Positions 36,321-44,852 of a DNA stretch of 64,000 nt are shown here, one piece after another (within the stretch, counting starts at the first letter, position 1; every line of letters starts with the position of its first letter). Source of the DNA: a virus; IMG/VR virus record IMGVR_UViG_3300037847_006528, positions 1 to 64,000 of that record; one strand, given 5' to 3'. The notes beneath the pieces are model-generated. The model was given only the letters and a program-made list of their open reading frames with translations, searched no databases and had not been told where the DNA came from. The translations under genes and the position numbers were made by a program.

Positions 36321-37156
36321 TTGAATATGGGTTTAAAAATTGAAAAATCATGCTTATCAATTAAGCCCTCTCTCTGATCTAGAATCTCATACCTATACCA
36401 GTCGTTTAAAAACTTGTCGAAATCAATGCACTCGCGCATATCGTCGGTTAAATGATTCTTTAAGCAATCCTCGACAGATTTTATATCGAGAGGATCAAAT
36501 CCTTGATCATAGATTTCTTTCAAAAGTTTCGCTCTGTTTTGGTATCTTTTTTTAATTAGATTCTGATCATTTTCAAAACCTAAAATAAGGTGATTACTGT
36601 TCGGGAAAAAGTAATACTTAAAATTGTGCTTAATAAAATGATATGGATCTTGCCTTCTTTCGGATCTTACATTTTTTTGATACTCTTTTTTCCAAAAAGG
36701 CTGGTTCGAAATTTCCATTGTTTTTGAAACACCCGTGATTCCTTCGTGCGGGTTATTAACAAAACGGGTTTCTTCATTTAATTTAAATAAGAATCTTTTA
36801 TTATAAAGGTAAGTGCCATCAATATTTAAATCATCTAAATCTGCACATAATGTCTTTAAGTTTTTTGTAAAATCTGGTGAAAGTCGCTCTAGACTGTCTA
36901 TCGTCAAAAACCAATCACCTATTTTAATTGGACCCTGAAACAAGCAATGGTTTCTGCTAAAATCTAGTCTGTTACACCATTTGGTATAGATGATCTCCCC
37001 TTCTCCTTTGACGCTTTCTAGATAATCTGCGCCGTTATCCTTGGGATAATGAAAAGTCCAGACCAAGCCATCAAAATCATCTTTGATTGGTTCTATAAGT
37101 TCGCGAAGATCTTTTTCATGACCTTCGTTAGTTACTCCTATAAGCCATAATCTCAT
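36317..37156 (-). CDS. GT-A (GT2-like) glycosyltransferase
   Basis: W....DFSRN, DWFL.IDS.E and PHE motifs. Confidence 0.6.
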   Translation of the reverse strand: MRLWLIGVTNEGHEKDLRELIEPIKDDFDGLVWTFHYPKDNGADYLESVKGEGEIIYTKWCNRLDFSRNHCLFQGPIKIGDWFLTIDSLERLSPDFTKNLKTLCADLDDLNIDGTYLYNKRFLFKLNEETRFVNNPHEGITGVSKTMEISNQPFWKKEYQKNVRSERRQDPYHFIKHNFKYYFFPNSNHLILGFENDQNLIKKRYQNRAKLLKEIYDQGFDPLDIKSVEDCLKNHLTDDMRECIDFDKFLNDWYRYEILDQREGLIDKHDFSIFKPIFK

Positions 37157-37887
37157 CCTATGTGTTCTGAATATATTTTATTAGTATTAAAAAAGGAAAA
37201 TGGCGTTCTTGAATTTGTTGCACCTTTTAATAAATCACCAGACATTAGCTCGCAGTGATAAGAACCAAGTTTGTCTAAATAGTTTTGAGCAGATTTCCAA
37301 GCAATAAAAATCTCTGTAGTTCTGTTTATATTTGGCTGGAAAGTGAATGTAGGACCATATTTAGTATAGTTAATTGCTTGAGTATATATATTATCATTCT
37401 CAACTAAGTGTTTTCCCTCAGGCTCTCCGAAGTCTTTAGCTCCGTTAAACCTTACGCAAAGTTGATCTGGATTATCATCAAGAAATTTTAAGGAATCTTT
37501 AAAAGCCTCCTCTAAGCAAACTTTGGAATTAAATATCCAGTCGTCTTCCAACCATAGAGAATATTTTTGTTTTCTAATTTCTAGGTCCGAGTATGCTGTA
37601 TAAATATCTTTAAAATATCCTGCGGAGTGAGATAAGTGGTTCTCAGAGTGGTGAACTATATCTTCTTTTGATTCTAGAACCCTAATATCGAGATATGAGC
37701 AAAATGATTTTATTTCATATGCTATCTCTTCTTCTCCATCTCTTGATTTCAGGTGAAGAAGTTTGTTAGCGAAAATTGACAGGTCTATCTTACTATGAAG
37801 TTTATTAAGACAATCCTGATAAGTGTGTCTGCCACCATGACCCATAGTGGTGCTAAAAACAATAAGATTTAAAGGAAGTGTAGACAT
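37153..37887 (-). CDS. GT-A-like glycosyltransferase
   Basis: WLEDDW, FT.QP and HIG motifs; first gene of the glycan cluster. Confidence 0.6.
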   Translation of the reverse strand: MSTLPLNLIVFSTTMGHGGRHTYQDCLNKLHSKIDLSIFANKLLHLKSRDGEEEIAYEIKSFCSYLDIRVLESKEDIVHHSENHLSHSAGYFKDIYTAYSDLEIRKQKYSLWLEDDWIFNSKVCLEEAFKDSLKFLDDNPDQLCVRFNGAKDFGEPEGKHLVENDNIYTQAINYTKYGPTFTFQPNINRTTEIFIAWKSAQNYLDKLGSYHCELMSGDLLKGATNSRTPFSFFNTNKIYSEHIG

Positions 37888-37958
37888 AAAACCTCTGGGC
37901 CTAAGTATCAGACCCAGAGGTTACTATGACCTCAAGGAAATAAATCCTCGACCTGTCT
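37888..37958 (-). ncRNA. Putative ~70-nt structured RNA or leader (two hairpins, the second terminator-like)
   Basis: Lies downstream of TTGACA-N17-TACAAT. Hairpins are UCGAGGA/UCCUUGA and a 15-bp AACCUCUGGGUCUGA/UUAGGCCCAGAGGUU whose 3' end runs into UUUU. Confidence 0.5.
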
Positions 37959-37959
37959 T

Positions 37960-37988
37960 ATTGTAGAATTAATTGTTGTTTTTGTCAA
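37960..37988 (-). promoter_or_regulatory. Near-consensus sigma70 promoter
   Basis: TTGACA (37988-37983), 17-nt spacer, TACAAT (37965-37960). Confidence 0.8.
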
Positions 37989-38108
37989 CTAATCCTCAAT
38001 AATCTCTTCACTGATTCGCCCTAGTATATAGGCAAGTGTTTCATCAGTCTCGAAATCTGAGTCAGGAATATCTATTTCCTCATCGTTTATTGTATGCAGG
38101 TCAGTCAT
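37989..38108 (-). CDS. 39-aa very acidic peptide (missing from the ORF track)
   Basis: MTDLHTINDEEIDIPDSDFETDETLAYILGRISEEIIED; GTGTA motif 12 nt upstream. Confidence 0.55.
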   Translation of the reverse strand: MTDLHTINDEEIDIPDSDFETDETLAYILGRISEEIIED

Positions 38109-38145
38109 AGTATGACTTACTACACGCAAAATTTAGAAAATGGAA

Positions 38146-39792
38146 TTAACCCTCGCAAGAAGAACAATTTAGTATAGATCTGGCTAGTTCTTGGCTAGGA
38201 TTTGCACTTCTTTGATAATAAAAGCTCTTAACTCCTTGTTCCCATCCAAAAATAAGAAGTTCGCTTACCTGCTTGGGTGGGCATTTCGGGGAAATCATCA
38301 CATTTAAGCTCTGGCCTTGATCAATATATTTTTGTCTTTGTGCGGCCTGTATTACTATTTCCTTCTGAGAAATCTCTCCAAAAGTTTTAAATACGTCTTT
38401 TTCGTGATCTGAAAGAAAATCTAAGTGCTGGACTGATCCTCCTTTTACTAAAATAGACTTCCAAGTAGTCGCATTATTTTTACCCTTCTCTTCAAGAAGT
38501 TGTTCTAGGTGGGGGTTTTTATATGTAAATTTACCCTTGGCTAAATCTTTAGTAAAATAATTACTATTTAATGGTTCAATGGATGGAGAAACTTGACCGA
38601 GAATGAACGAGCTAGATGTAGTAGGGGCAATCGCCATAGTGGTCATATTGCGTCTACCGTAACCGCGAAGATGTTCTGGTTCTCCAAACTCCTCTGCTAG
38701 TTTTGAAGTAGCTCTGTCGCAACGCTCTCTTATAATGTTGTGAATTTCTGCATTTAGAAATTGAGCTTCTAAACCCTCAAATGCAATGTTCTTAGATTGC
38801 AGTAATGAATGCCAACCCAAAACACCGAGACCCAATGCTCTTTGTCTTTTGGCAAAGTTATGACAAGATTTCATGAAGGGAATATTTTCTGTTTTATAGA
38901 TATATTCCTCCATAACTGCATCAAGAAACCAAACAAGTGTTTCTACAGCGTCTGTCTCTTTAATTTCATCCCATCTAAGTAAGTTCAGAGAAGATAAACA
39001 ACACACAAAAGATTCATCTTCTGATGAGTGGAGCGCAATTTCACTGCAAAGATTAGAAGCGTGAATCTTCAGCTTTTTATCTTTATATGCTTGAGGTGCA
39101 TTGTTGTTAGCGTTGTCGGTGAAGAAAATGTAGGGATAACCTGTTTCAAATCTTTTCTTTATAATGTTCGCCCAAACCTTCCTTTTGTCTTTATCTCCCT
39201 CAACCATTGATTCCATCCACTTGTCATCAATGCAGACGGCAAAAGACATTTCTTGAATAGGATTACCTTCGCTTCTTATTCTCAAGAACTCCTCTATGTC
39301 AGGATGATCAACTGGAAGGTAAGCTGCGAAAGATCCTCTTCTTACATGACCTTGAGAAACAATCGCGGCAACTTTATCATACAACTCCATGAAATATACT
39401 GCTCCAGCAGAAACTCCACCAACACTAATGGGGACACCTCTTCCCCTCAAATCGCCAAAGTAACCAGACGTTCCTGAGCCGTGTTTGGTTTGCATCCCGA
39501 CTTCCGCTTGTTTGCGGAGAATGGAATCCATCTTGTCGTCAATATATACGCCGTTGCAAGATATGGGTAGTCCTCTATCCTTGCCAAAGTTAGACCACAC
39601 TGGACTTGAGAGAGAGTAGAATCCTCTCTTCATGTAATCTTCAAACTTATCTGCAAATCCGCTTTGCCTGAGATATTTTTCAGCCGCCTCCGCAATAGCC
39701 CTTATTCTTTTTTTAGGACTCTCTCCTTTTTGCAAGTAGCCCCTTTCAAGGAACTGTTTTGAATCTTCGTTTAACCAGTAATAATCTTTCAT
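38146..39792 (-). CDS. nrdA: Ribonucleotide reductase class I alpha subunit, no ATP cone
   Basis: PISC, VRRG, SNLCSEI, CCLSS, APTTSS, DQGQS, YY and C-terminal CSSCEG motifs. Confidence 0.93.
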   Translation of the reverse strand: MKDYYWLNEDSKQFLERGYLQKGESPKKRIRAIAEAAEKYLRQSGFADKFEDYMKRGFYSLSSPVWSNFGKDRGLPISCNGVYIDDKMDSILRKQAEVGMQTKHGSGTSGYFGDLRGRGVPISVGGVSAGAVYFMELYDKVAAIVSQGHVRRGSFAAYLPVDHPDIEEFLRIRSEGNPIQEMSFAVCIDDKWMESMVEGDKDKRKVWANIIKKRFETGYPYIFFTDNANNNAPQAYKDKKLKIHASNLCSEIALHSSEDESFVCCLSSLNLLRWDEIKETDAVETLVWFLDAVMEEYIYKTENIPFMKSCHNFAKRQRALGLGVLGWHSLLQSKNIAFEGLEAQFLNAEIHNIIRERCDRATSKLAEEFGEPEHLRGYGRRNMTTMAIAPTTSSSFILGQVSPSIEPLNSNYFTKDLAKGKFTYKNPHLEQLLEEKGKNNATTWKSILVKGGSVQHLDFLSDHEKDVFKTFGEISQKEIVIQAAQRQKYIDQGQSLNVMISPKCPPKQVSELLIFGWEQGVKSFYYQRSANPSQELARSILNCSSCEG

Positions 39793-40763
39793 TAGAATAA
39801 ATCCTCTGCGTCAAATGTTTGCGAATTTTTCGCGTATTCAACAGGTCGAGTGTGGAAGAAATCTGTGGCGTTATTGCCGAGCAGTTCTTCCTCAAACCAA
39901 ATTGTATTCACTAAAAGAGTCTTGTCAACATCAAAAGCTTTAGGGAAACCAATTTGTTCTAATGATTCATTGATTCTGTTTTTTATAAATTCTTTTAAAA
40001 TAGGTGCTGTTAATCCTTTTTCTTGATATCCGTTTATCATCCAATCAACAATCTGCGATTCTGCTTTAAAGGCGGCTTCAGATTCTTGAATTATTCTGTT
40101 CTCTAGCTCCTCATCAAATAGTTCTGGGTGCTCTTCTCTAATCGTATTGATTATTTTTATTCCAGCCAAAGCATGAATATTTTCCTCATTTCTAGTATAC
40201 TTGACCTGCTGGCCAGTATCCTTGAGGACATTTTTATATCTATTGAACCAGTTGATAATGTAGAACTGAGAAAACAGCGACACATTCTCTACAAATAGGG
40301 TAAAAAGAATAATAGAATAAACATATTGCTTCTTGGAGTCCTTGTAGAACCTATGATTATATTTTCTCAGGTAATTAACGCGGCCCTCGATAAAATCTAA
40401 TTTTAAATTTTCCTCAAAAATATCTTCTAAACCTAAAACTTTCAGTAGCCTTTCATAAGCATTGTTGTGAATAACCTCTACATTAGCCATAACGTAACCG
40501 AGGTCCGTTAAGCTGGGATGGGGTAAGTTATCTCCCAACTTGCTCCAGAACTTTTTAACAGCCACCTCAATTTGGCCAATAGCGGAAAGCGTTCTGATTA
40601 TAATCTCTTTTTCTGTATCGTTTAAATTTACGTTAAAGTCTTGGACATCGCTGGTGAAACTAAACTCTTTGTCAGTCCAAAACCCATTATGCATAGCCTC
40701 AATGAATTCCTGCGCCCAAGGGTAATGGTCTGGTTTTCTGGAAATCTGCTCGTTAAAAATCAT
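39792..40763 (-). CDS. nrdB: Ribonucleotide reductase beta subunit
   Basis: FW...E, EVIH..AY, VENVSLFSQF, EE.IH and DFF......Y motifs. Confidence 0.92.
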   Translation of the reverse strand: MIFNEQISRKPDHYPWAQEFIEAMHNGFWTDKEFSFTSDVQDFNVNLNDTEKEIIIRTLSAIGQIEVAVKKFWSKLGDNLPHPSLTDLGYVMANVEVIHNNAYERLLKVLGLEDIFEENLKLDFIEGRVNYLRKYNHRFYKDSKKQYVYSIILFTLFVENVSLFSQFYIINWFNRYKNVLKDTGQQVKYTRNEENIHALAGIKIINTIREEHPELFDEELENRIIQESEAAFKAESQIVDWMINGYQEKGLTAPILKEFIKNRINESLEQIGFPKAFDVDKTLLVNTIWFEEELLGNNATDFFHTRPVEYAKNSQTFDAEDLF

Positions 40764-40778
40764 CTTGTAAAGTTACAC

Positions 40779-40807
40779 ATTTTAGGAGGGGGCAAGAACT
40801 GGGTCAA
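40779..40807 (-). promoter_or_regulatory. sigma70-type promoter for nrdBA
   Basis: TTGACC-N17-TAAAAT, immediately followed by GTGTA. Confidence 0.6.
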
Positions 40808-40824
40808 CCCCTTTTTGTGAAAAA

Positions 40825-40942
40825 AATGCCGAAGGCATTAAATTAATATGAACGTAGTGAATATTAATTTAATTCGTATCCTTTACGCTCGTATCCAATA
40901 CGCTCAATAATTAGATTTTAGATCGTTTTTTTGGGCTGTCAA
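40825..40942. other. Candidate replication origin / structured intergenic region at the strand switch
   Basis: AATGCC-GAA-GGCATT; a 13-bp AT stem closed by GAACGTAGTGA; two tandem 15-mers CGTATCCwwTACGCT; a minus-strand TTGACA-N16-TAAAAT promoter pointing into the region. Confidence 0.55.
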
Positions 40943-40955
40943 GGAAAAAATAAAA

Positions 40956-40984
40956 TTGATATTTTGGCCTGAACAACGTATAGT
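40956..40984 (+). promoter_or_regulatory. sigma70-type promoter for the plus-strand block
   Basis: TTGATA-N17-TATAGT, 9 nt before TTG 40994. Confidence 0.6.
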
Positions 40985-40993
40985 ATAGCACAA

Positions 40994-41590
40994 TTGATCG
41001 AAGATTTAACAGATTGCGCTCTCACTGATTTAATCAAAGAAGACAATAATGAAGATGCCTTAAACGAGTTGATTTCAAGGCATTCTGGGATATATGTCGA
41101 TATGCTCAAAAAATTTGGATTCAAATGCTTGACAAGCAATCAAGTTCAGGACATTATGAGCGAAAAGGACTATGTTATATACAAAGCGGCCCTTGAATAT
41201 GATGAAACCAAAGCGAAGTTCTCTACTCATTTAGCTAATAAAGCTAAATATCTTTGTTTAACACAGAAGACTAAAAACAAAAACAATAAGATATCTTCAA
41301 ATTTCGAAGATGTGCAGTTTTCCCAAAAAGATAAAGGTTGCAACCCAGCAGAATCTTGTGATTTAAATGATTCTTTTGCTAGAATATTAAACTTGATTAA
41401 CAAACACAAGGATAAGAGGCTCCAGACTATATTCCACGAAAGATACTTTTGTGGTAGAAGGGGAAAACTACAACCTTGGAAAGAAGTAGCTAAAAAATTA
41501 AATCTTTCTGCTCAAGGCTGTATAAATATACACGATAAAGCCATAAAAGAATTAAACTACAAAATCAATAATGAGACGATTAAATTTTGA
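40994..41590 (+). CDS. Phage sigma-70-family sigma factor
   Basis: A.NELI.RH, A...YD..K.KFST (region 2) and W.EVAK.LNLS......I (region 4 HTH). Confidence 0.8.
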   Translation: MIEDLTDCALTDLIKEDNNEDALNELISRHSGIYVDMLKKFGFKCLTSNQVQDIMSEKDYVIYKAALEYDETKAKFSTHLANKAKYLCLTQKTKNKNNKISSNFEDVQFSQKDKGCNPAESCDLNDSFARILNLINKHKDKRLQTIFHERYFCGRRGKLQPWKEVAKKLNLSAQGCINIHDKAIKELNYKINNETIKF

Positions 41591-42662
41591 CGGTCCTATA
41601 AATGGTTTAAGTTTGGGCAACGTATCTCTTAATATGCTAAGAGAGCTAAAGGATAGGGAAATAGATCTTGGAATTTTTCCTATAGGTGATAAAGGCGAAT
41701 TTGAAGCTTATGATAAACTGAGTGAAGATTTCAAACAATGGATAGGAGCTTTATCCATGAATCGCCTTAAGAAAATTCATCCAGAAACACCCACTTTAAA
41801 AGTGTGGCACATTAATGGTTCAGAAAGAACTCTAGCTGATCAATATTTATATACTTTTTATGAAGTAGATTCCCCAACAGAAGAAGAAATTAATATTGTA
41901 AAACTACAAAAACATGTTTTTTTCTCTTCCTCAGAGGCTGCGGAGTGTTTTAAAGAAAAAGGTTGTGAAAATGTATCTCATATCCCCTTAGGTTTTGATA
42001 AAGATTTCCACGAAACAGACAAAGAATATTTAGACGATGACATAATTCACTTTGGATTAATAGGCAAGTTTGAAAGAAGGAAGAACACGCAAGCCATAAT
42101 CCAATTATGGGCAAACGAATTTGGAAACAATCCAAAATATCAGCTTAGTTGCTTGGTTACTAATCCGTTCTTCAATCAAGAACAAATGACCAAGGCAATC
42201 CAATCTTCTACAGGAGGAGCGTCTTTATCTAATATAAACTTTTTACCACGACTTGTTAGTAACTCAGAAGTTAACGACTTTATGAATTCAATAGATATTG
42301 ATCTTTCTGGCTTGTCTAACGGAGAGGGCTGGAATCTACCAGCATTTAATTGCACAGCTTTAGGTAAATGGTCTGTAGTTAGCAACTGCACATCTCATAA
42401 AGATTGGGCAACCAAAGAAAACTCTATTTTAGTTGATCCAATTGGTAAACAACCCTGTTATGACAATTTCTTCTTCAAAGAAGGTATGCCGTTTAATCAA
42501 GGGCAATATTACAAGTTAAACGGTGATGATATGCTTGAAGCCATGAGAGAGGCTGTTAAAAAAGCGGGACAAAAGAACACTGAAGGGACAAAATTAAGGG
42601 ACAAATTTACCTATTCGGAGACCGTGGATTTAATTTTAGACCGTATTTATAGCGATTCTTGA
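41571..42662 (+). CDS. GT4 (GT-B) glycosyltransferase
   Basis: IPLGFD, GKFE.RKN and S.GEGWNLP motifs. Confidence 0.8.
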   Translation: MRRLNFDGPINGLSLGNVSLNMLRELKDREIDLGIFPIGDKGEFEAYDKLSEDFKQWIGALSMNRLKKIHPETPTLKVWHINGSERTLADQYLYTFYEVDSPTEEEINIVKLQKHVFFSSSEAAECFKEKGCENVSHIPLGFDKDFHETDKEYLDDDIIHFGLIGKFERRKNTQAIIQLWANEFGNNPKYQLSCLVTNPFFNQEQMTKAIQSSTGGASLSNINFLPRLVSNSEVNDFMNSIDIDLSGLSNGEGWNLPAFNCTALGKWSVVSNCTSHKDWATKENSILVDPIGKQPCYDNFFFKEGMPFNQGQYYKLNGDDMLEAMREAVKKAGQKNTEGTKLRDKFTYSETVDLILDRIYSDS

Positions 42663-42664
42663 AA

Positions 42665-42680
42665 TGGCACGGTTAATGTT
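42665..42680 (+). promoter_or_regulatory. sigma54-like (-24/-12) promoter upstream of hsp20
   Basis: TGGCACG-GTTA-ATGTT; GG at 42666-67 and GT (GC variant) at 42678-79. Confidence 0.45.
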
Positions 42681-42695
42681 ATATAATAATATATT

Positions 42696-43022
42696 ATGAA
42701 CTATAAATTAAACACTCACCTATTAGATAATTTTTTTGATGCATTCGGGACTAGCAAACACGCTGATGTGAAAGATTGCGGAGATGTATATTCTGCTGAA
42801 TTTGAGCTAGCAGGATTTGCCAAAGAAGATATTGAGATAACTGCCACTAACGACAACCTAGTCATCAAGGCAAAAAATGATAAGCGCCAAAAGGATTTTA
42901 AATTAAATTTATATGGTGCTGTTTCTGTTGAGGACATTTCTTGTGACACAGAAAATGGACTTCTAACGGTAACTATGCCTAAAAAATGTGTTAGCGAGCA
43001 ACGAAAGATCAAAATTCAGTAG
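42696..43022 (+). CDS. Small heat-shock protein (Hsp20)
   Basis: ELAGF.KEDI.I....L.IKA and ENGLL.VT.PK motifs; C-terminal IKI. Confidence 0.9.
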   Translation: MNYKLNTHLLDNFFDAFGTSKHADVKDCGDVYSAEFELAGFAKEDIEITATNDNLVIKAKNDKRQKDFKLNLYGAVSVEDISCDTENGLLTVTMPKKCVSEQRKIKIQ

Positions 43023-43402
43023 TGCCGATTTACATCTACAAGCATCCAGAGGAGGATATATATGAAGAGGTCGTTCAGGGAATGAACGACCCTCATGTAT
43101 TTTCTAAAGACGGAATTGAGTGGCAAAGAGTTTTTCTCTCTCCAAACGCAGCGATATCAAGCAGTGATGATCCTTTCAGCAGCAACGCTTTCGTAGAAAA
43201 AACAGCTAATATGAAAGGCACCTTCGGGGACATGATGGATTATTCCGCAGAACTGAGTCAGAAAAGAGCAGAAAAATCAGGTGGAGAAGATCCTTTGAAG
43301 AAAAAAATGTTTTCAGACTACGAAAAAAGAGTCGGCAAAAAACACTTCGCAGACAAAAATACTAGCTTTGAAAAAAACGGAATCAAGATAGATCTTGATT
43401 AA
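43022..43402 (+). CDS. FmdB-like protein lacking the zinc cysteines
   Basis: MPIY.Y.H....E..Q.MND.H...W.RVF pattern. Confidence 0.6.
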   Translation: MPIYIYKHPEEDIYEEVVQGMNDPHVFSKDGIEWQRVFLSPNAAISSSDDPFSSNAFVEKTANMKGTFGDMMDYSAELSQKRAEKSGGEDPLKKKMFSDYEKRVGKKHFADKNTSFEKNGIKIDLD

Positions 43403-44247
43403 GAAACATGAGGAGGAGGCGTTGTTAAGCCAACGCCATACCAAGTAGCTCCCACAGACACGCAGAGTGTTTGACCTGAGATTGCCATAGCTCCTCTCTG
43501 CTGGCTCATATTCATCCCCTCCCAAGCTGGCAGCTTAAATCCGCTAACAAAATCTTTTATACCGTGGATTGTCTGATCTTCACTTAGATCTACAAATCTT
43601 CCTGTCGTATAGCCCGTTACGTCATGTATTGTAGCAATATCATAACCAGTCAAAAATCCACTGGTCTGTATTTCAAATTTCCCAGAAACAATGCCAGAAT
43701 TGTTTATACTAACACTGTTCCCGAAATAATTTTGACCATCTTCAAAATAATGGCCAGAGGCAAACTGCACATAAAATCTATTAGGATCTCCCACTGTTAA
43801 AGTGGAGCTTGATTGATCTTTTATAGCCGCACAACCAGTTGCAGCTTTTGCAAAAGTAACTCCAGCACCTCCTAGTGAAGTATTACTCTGACTTCCAGTA
43901 TTGAAAACTATTGAGTTTCCATTCAATACGACATTATTGATACCGCTAACTCTAGTTGAATTAGCCACAATCCCTATATTGTTTGTTCCAGCTAATTGAG
44001 TATTAGACCCAGCCAATAGAACATTACCGCTTTCTACAAGAAAGCTGTTATCTCCTGTGCTGGCAGTTCCGAAAACTTTTTTGTCTCTTATTCTTAAGTC
44101 GCCAGTAAAATTAAAATCACCAGTTAAATTTCTAGATAAAACTAGACTAATCCCAGTATCACTACTTTGATCAATGTGAAAATCTCCAGATGGCCCTAAA
44201 AAAGTGGGCATCTGAAGCTGTTCTGGTTGAATTTTATTAAAAGGCAT
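43399..44247 (-). CDS. [S/T]G-rich virion/tail-fibre-like protein
   Basis: Start revised to MPFNKIQPEQ; DQTI.G.K.F and G.MAISG.TL.V....W fibre-like motifs; GTGTA at 44274-44278. Confidence 0.6.
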   Translation of the reverse strand: MPFNKIQPEQLQMPTFLGPSGDFHIDQSSDTGISLVLSRNLTGDFNFTGDLRIRDKKVFGTASTGDNSFLVESGNVLLAGSNTQLAGTNNIGIVANSTRVSGINNVVLNGNSIVFNTGSQSNTSLGGAGVTFAKAATGCAAIKDQSSSTLTVGDPNRFYVQFASGHYFEDGQNYFGNSVSINNSGIVSGKFEIQTSGFLTGYDIATIHDVTGYTTGRFVDLSEDQTIHGIKDFVSGFKLPAWEGMNMSQQRGAMAISGQTLCVSVGATWYGVGLTTPPPHVS

Positions 44248-44285
44248 CCTACAATAGATTATCTTTAATAGATTACACGAATTCA

Positions 44286-44852
44286 ATGAAATTTACTCTT
44301 TATAAGCCAAACTCTAAAAATACAGGGGCAGCTTTTAGCTTTGACCTAGCTAAAGACAAGAAGGGCAACGCAGTTATGTATGTATCAATGATCCAACAAC
44401 ATAGTTGGAATGATAAGACCAAAAGCGGCTCTTTCAAAGAAAATGCTAAAAATCCTGAAAAATCAGGCACAATTAAGCTCTCTGCAAATGAAGCTGGAGA
44501 GATCCTTTCTTCATTTAAAACAAGAATACCATTTGTTGCTTTTCATAGAAATAATGAAGACACAACAATTATTAAATTTACACCTTGGGATAAAAAAAGA
44601 AAAATTATGGGCAAAGACGGAGATGAGTGGCACGAAACTCCAGCCTTCGGGATAACCGTAAGTAGGAACTCATCTCAAGTATATAAACTCCCTCTTGAAG
44701 CGGGAGAAACGGAAGTGTTATCAGAATTGCTAAAAAAATATATTTTAAATTCTTTTGTTACAAATGATTCTTACACAACTCAACCTCCAAAAGAAGAAGC
44801 TCGCAAATCTGAAAAAGCCGCAGAACTTGAAGATTTAGATGTCCCATTCTAA
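44286..44852 (+). CDS. Whirly-like ssDNA-binding protein with SSB-type acidic tip
   Basis: LYK....G.A, KLS.NE.GEI......F..FH and LPL...E..VL...L patterns; C-terminus EDLDVPF. Confidence 0.6.
   Translation: MKFTLYKPNSKNTGAAFSFDLAKDKKGNAVMYVSMIQQHSWNDKTKSGSFKENAKNPEKSGTIKLSANEAGEILSSFKTRIPFVAFHRNNEDTTIIKFTPWDKKRKIMGKDGDEWHETPAFGITVSRNSSQVYKLPLEAGETEVLSELLKKYILNSFVTNDSYTTQPPKEEARKSEKAAELEDLDVPF

Noticed and set aside
26324-37887. Bacterial chromosomal O-antigen locus (window of cellular origin)
   Set aside because: It is flanked by phage replication, lysis and tail genes with continuous overlaps, and lacks export and polymerase genes.
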